NCBI GenBank assembly: GCA_964487555.1 | Contig: CAZART010000036.1 | Coordinates: forward strand, 23,091 to 42,429 | Length of the DNA: 19,339 bases | Source of the DNA: an uncultured Rhodothermales bacterium | Lineage (GTDB): Bacteria; Bacteroidota; Rhodothermia; Rhodothermales; VXPQ01 | Reading direction: 5' to 3' | Shown here: positions 16,004 to 19,339 of the stretch, piece by piece | Position numbering within the stretch: the first letter of the stretch is position 1 | Layout of the letters: every line of letters begins with the position of its first letter | The notes under the pieces: model-generated | Told to the model about the DNA's origin: nothing | Database searches by the model: none | What the model saw: only the letters and a program-made list of their open reading frames with translations | Program-made: the position numbers and the translations under genes

Positions 16004-16023
16004 CGTATCCGGTTCAGGATACG
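16004..16023 (-). other. Perfect 7-bp-stem hairpin (CGTATCC-ggttca-GGATACG) in the kaiC-kaiB1 intergenic region
   Basis: Seen directly in the sequence. No U-tract follows on the minus transcript, so it is not an obvious terminator. Confidence 0.5.
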
Positions 16024-16041
16024 TGCGGCGCTGCGCGGCTG

Positions 16042-17505
16042 TCAAACCGGCGACGGAGCAGACGTCTTCCGGGCATCGACGAGCTCCACACCGCGATTCG
16101 TAATTTTCATCTCGCGGACCTGATTAGAGTGCGCCATCCCCCGTGACTTAAGTACGAACAGCGCACGGTTGCGTTCGCCGCCGCTCTCAAGGGCTTGCAG
16201 CAGCAGCCACGTATCCATGAGTGAGGAGATCCCGACGTCCGTCTTCTCCTGCTCGATGCGGCTGCTCGTGAGGCTTGTGAACATGGCGGTGATTTGCCGC
16301 TCCTTCAGAAAGTCGATAAGCCGGGTGAGCGCGGCGCCCGCCTCGTCAATGCTGGAGACGGCCATGAGGTTCGTCACCGGGTCGATTACGACCGCCGATG
16401 GATCTACCTTTTCGACCAGCTTCTGCATGGCGATGAGATGCATCTCGAGGCCATAGAGCTGAGGGCGCCTTGCGTGGATATGAAGGAGGTCCTTTTCCAG
16501 CCAGCGGTCGAGTTGGAGTCCGATCGACAGCATATTGCGAGCGAGCTGCCGGGGCGATTCCTCAAACGCTACATAGAGGCACCGTTCTCCGCGCTGGCAG
16601 GCGGCATTGACGAAGTGGGCTGCCAGGCTTGTTTTTCCCGTGCCTGCCGTTCCTGAGATGAGAACGGAGCTGCCCCGGTAGAAACCCCCGCCCACAAACA
16701 TGTCGTCGAGGCTTGCGACTCCTGTCGAAACCTGATCGGAACTCACGTCGTGGGTGAGTCCGAGCGACGTAATCGGGAGCACCGAGATGCCGTCGTCGTC
16801 AATGAGGAACGGATACTCATTGGTCCCATGGCTGGAGCCGCGATACTTCACAATGCGCATACGCCGCGTTGAGATCTGATTTGCCACGCGATGGTCGAGC
16901 ATAATGACGCAATCCGACACGTACTCCTCGAGACCGTGACGCGTCATGGTGCCGTCGCCTTTCTCGGCCGTGACGATGGCGGTGATTTCGTGCTCGTTGA
17001 GCCATCGAAAGAGGCGGCGCAGCTCGGCGCGAAGAATCAACTCGTTGGATAATCCCGCGAAGAGGGCCTCGATGGTATCGAGTACGACCCGCTTCGCACC
17101 AACCTTCTTTATGGCGAATGATAACCGGACAAATATGCCTTCGAGATCGTAGTCGCCCGTCTCGGCGATTTCGCTTCGTTCGATCCGCACGTGATCGAGC
17201 GCCAGAAGATCGCGCTCGACGAGCTCGTGGAGATTGAATCCGAGCGAAGCGACGTTCTGCGCGAGCTCTTCGCTCGTCTCCTCGAACGTCATGAAGACGC
17301 CCGGCTCTTGGTAGTCGAGCGCCCCGCGCACGAGGAACTGGGCGGCAAAAAGTGTTTTCCCGCAGCCGGGTCCGCCGCATACGAGTGTCGTACGACTGCG
17401 CGGAAGTCCGCCTTTGGTGATCTCATCAAGTCCGTAGATGCCGGTACCAGACTTCAGGACGCCGTTTGGCGATGAACCGGGATCGGAGTTTGGATGTTCG
17501 GCCAT
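16042..17505 (-). CDS. kaiC: KaiC (double RecA-like CI/CII ATPase/autokinase), short C-terminus
   Basis: 487 aa. CI Walker A GGPGCGKT with catalytic TFEET. CII Walker A GTAGTGKT with catalytic AFEES. Phospho-site region TDVGISSLMDT aligns to cyanobacterial TDSHISTITDT (Ser/Ser instead of Ser/Thr). Only ~13 aa follow the last conserved block, so there is no A-loop/KaiA-binding tail. Confidence 0.9.
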   Translation of the reverse strand: MAEHPNSDPGSSPNGVLKSGTGIYGLDEITKGGLPRSRTTLVCGGPGCGKTLFAAQFLVRGALDYQEPGVFMTFEETSEELAQNVASLGFNLHELVERDLLALDHVRIERSEIAETGDYDLEGIFVRLSFAIKKVGAKRVVLDTIEALFAGLSNELILRAELRRLFRWLNEHEITAIVTAEKGDGTMTRHGLEEYVSDCVIMLDHRVANQISTRRMRIVKYRGSSHGTNEYPFLIDDDGISVLPITSLGLTHDVSSDQVSTGVASLDDMFVGGGFYRGSSVLISGTAGTGKTSLAAHFVNAACQRGERCLYVAFEESPRQLARNMLSIGLQLDRWLEKDLLHIHARRPQLYGLEMHLIAMQKLVEKVDPSAVVIDPVTNLMAVSSIDEAGAALTRLIDFLKERQITAMFTSLTSSRIEQEKTDVGISSLMDTWLLLQALESGGERNRALFVLKSRGMAHSNQVREMKITNRGVELVDARKTSAPSPV

Positions 17506-17683
17506 CGGTGTGACTAAGACTGTACGAAATCACTATACCGGCAGAGCACATCGTGCCGGCGTGCGACGCCGATTTGCAGGATGACTGCGAAAGAGTGGTT
17601 TAGTCTAAAGAGTCGTTCAGTCTACGGACATCGACTCCGGCCTACAAATGAAATCCGAGTTCGTTGCTCGATAGCGACAGAAC

Positions 17684-18457
17684 TCACAGGCGCTCTCGCA
17701 CCTCGTCCAGATACTTACGGATGCGGCGCGCGTTCACGCCCAGATCTCCACGACCTACGCGCGAGACCGAGCGAATATCAAGAACCGTACGCCCGTTCGC
17801 CGGCGTCAAGCGAACGACGACGTCGTCATCGAACCCGTACCAGAACGTTTCGTCCACCGCTTCAATGCGGCCTGCGGCCGGGTCGGCGTCGACGATGGAC
17901 CATCCCATTTCACGAGCCGCCTCGAGGGCCACCTCGAACGCATGCTCGGGTGGAGCTGCCAGTTGTAGAGGTTCTATCTCGGGGTAAGCTTCCCGCTGCT
18001 GAGCGGCTACTTCCGGGCCGCCGTACTCAGTCGGATTCGGTGCGTCGGCACGGAGCGGTGAGATGGCGACGAAGTCGGGTGGATTTTCAACATCCGTCGT
18101 GATGTCATGAATAGGAGGAAACCGCTGCCCCATGCGCTGTACCTGCCACGGCACGATGAACGTGGCGAGGGCGATCATAACGGCGAGCAGGGCGATCGGA
18201 AATCCCTTTCGAGATGCGCCCGGCCGCGTTCGGTAGAGAGCGATGAGGGAAAGGACGGCGGCGGCGATACCGCCGTAGGCGGCCCAGCGAAGCATGGTGA
18301 ATCCCGTTTGGAAGTGCCACCAATCCCATCGGGTGCCGAACGAAGAGAGGAGTGCGAGGCAGGCCGTCGCGACTGCCAGGAGCGCGACGCCGACGGCGAA
18401 GCGCGAGCGCGGTCGGGCAGATCTGGGAGACAAGGATGCCGAGGCTGGAGATTCCAT
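17684..18457 (-). CDS. DUF1499-family protein, N-terminally membrane anchored
   Basis: 257 aa. Two N-terminal hydrophobic helices. C-terminal motif FWYGFDDDVVVRLTPANGRTVLDIRSVSRVGRGDLGVNARRIRKYL matches my memory of the DUF1499 signature (RSxSRxGxxDxGVNxxR). Confidence 0.6.
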   Translation of the reverse strand: MESPASASLSPRSARPRSRFAVGVALLAVATACLALLSSFGTRWDWWHFQTGFTMLRWAAYGGIAAAVLSLIALYRTRPGASRKGFPIALLAVMIALATFIVPWQVQRMGQRFPPIHDITTDVENPPDFVAISPLRADAPNPTEYGGPEVAAQQREAYPEIEPLQLAAPPEHAFEVALEAAREMGWSIVDADPAAGRIEAVDETFWYGFDDDVVVRLTPANGRTVLDIRSVSRVGRGDLGVNARRIRKYLDEVRERL

Positions 18458-18506
18458 CGTTAACGATGGGTTTGATCCCGGTACATCGAAGACCTGCTCG
18501 AGTGGG

Positions 18507-19328
18507 TTAAGCGGATTTGAAGCCTTTCGTCACGACAAATTCGCCGGGAATTTCGTAACCCTCGCCGTTCCGGAAGGGCTCCACGGATGCCAGGTACTCT
18601 GCGCGTGCGGCGTCTTTCGTAGGCTGGTCGAAGCGTCCGAAGGCGAGGGCCACGGGCCCGGCCTCAAAAGCGGCCGCGTTAACCTCGTCCGCCGTCTCAT
18701 AGCGCAGAACCGCAGGAAATCGCTCGGTCGTCACGTCGGCAAAGCCGGTGTTGCGGAAAACATGTGCGAGAGCGTCTCCCGTCCCCAGCTGGAAGAAAAG
18801 AGGGCACACATCCGAGGCAACGCGCCTGTCAACGATGGGAAAGACATCGGCCCAGCCGCAGCGGTCACGGCGTCCCCAGACCACGGCCACCGCGCGGCCG
18901 CCCGGGAGGAGTACCCTATGCATTTCCTGCAGAGCGTCCGGTGGGTTGGGCACGTACATCAAACCGAGGGAGCAAAGCACGGCGTCGAAGGAGGGCTCCT
19001 GAACGTCCAGCTCTTCGGCGTCCATGCGCTGGAAGGTCGCGTTGTCGATGCCGCGCTCCCGCGCCAATTCGGTGGCAATCGCAACCATTTCCTCGGAGAT
19101 ATCGACGCCCAGGACCTCTCCGCCCGGTTTGACGGCCGCTGCCGCCGGGAGGCTTACCAGCCCCGTGCCGCAGGCGACGTCGAGGACGCGCTCTCCCGTT
19201 CGGAGGTCGGCGACGTCGAGCAGACGGTCCTGCGCCGGCTTGAGCTGTTGCTGCCAGTAGGACTCATAGAAGGAGGCGGCTCTATCCCATCCGTATCGCT
19301 GGACTCTTCGTTGTAATTCGGGCGTCAT
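18507..19328 (-). CDS. Class I SAM-dependent methyltransferase (Methyltransf_11/25 type)
   Basis: 273 aa. Motif I VLDVACGTG, post-I acidic residue (LGVDISEEM), motif II/III region (DAVLCSLGLMYVPN...LLPGGRAVAVVW). The plus-strand ORF 18294..19316 is its antisense shadow. Confidence 0.85.
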   Translation of the reverse strand: MTPELQRRVQRYGWDRAASFYESYWQQQLKPAQDRLLDVADLRTGERVLDVACGTGLVSLPAAAAVKPGGEVLGVDISEEMVAIATELARERGIDNATFQRMDAEELDVQEPSFDAVLCSLGLMYVPNPPDALQEMHRVLLPGGRAVAVVWGRRDRCGWADVFPIVDRRVASDVCPLFFQLGTGDALAHVFRNTGFADVTTERFPAVLRYETADEVNAAAFEAGPVALAFGRFDQPTKDAARAEYLASVEPFRNGEGYEIPGEFVVTKGFKSA

Positions 19329-19339
19329 GATTCTGTTGT

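Noticed and set aside
16817-17380. 187-aa minus-strand Arg-rich ORF, and plus ORFs 16169..16456 and 16294..16656
   Set aside because: Off-frame or antisense within kaiC. Composition is Arg-rich low complexity.
18294-19316. 340-aa plus-strand ORF, and 18764..19132 and 19024..19260
   Set aside because: Antisense to the SAM-methyltransferase, whose motif I (VLDVACGTG) is clear on the minus strand.

Overview
High-GC (~62-65%) bacterial chromosomal segment. Coding is almost entirely on the minus strand (19 of 20 genes); the only plus-strand gene is a lipoprotein amidohydrolase. Most genes lack an obvious Shine-Dalgarno sequence, which with the gene content (sulfatase, DUF1499, DUF1801) suggests a Bacteroidota/Rhodothermaeota-like organism, but the taxon cannot be settled from sequence alone. 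The window begins with GATC, a possible Sau3AI/MboI clone end. On the minus strand, from high to low coordinate: SAM-methyltransferase; DUF1499 membrane protein; a KaiA-less clock-like cassette (kaiC, two tandem kaiB paralogs, then a PAS/HisKA_3 histidine kinase and a single-domain receiver, all separated by 0-95 nt or overlapping); formylglycine-type sulfatase; [plus-strand amidohydrolase]; small 2-TM protein; ECF42-type (COG4941, TPR-extended) sigma factor; small unknown ORF; MATE efflux pump; DGPF/YciI-like protein; polytopic membrane protein; a 565-bp noncoding region with tandem duplications; NfeD-flotillin-DUF1801 operon; ppiD (runs off the window). The most interesting content is the kaiC-kaiB-kaiB-HK-RR module, especially the second KaiB copy, which diverges exactly in the fold-switch segment. 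Also notable are an ECF42 sigma factor with a candidate TGTCGA-N16-CGAC promoter in front of the co-oriented DGPF gene, and three degenerate ~30-bp direct repeats with CRISPR-like spacing between amidohydrolase and sulfatase, which I read as degenerate tandem repeats rather than a true CRISPR array. Many long ORFs in the six-frame track are antisense shadows of these genes and are rejected. The track also translates TTG/GTG starts as M, so several annotated starts were moved to internal ATGs.
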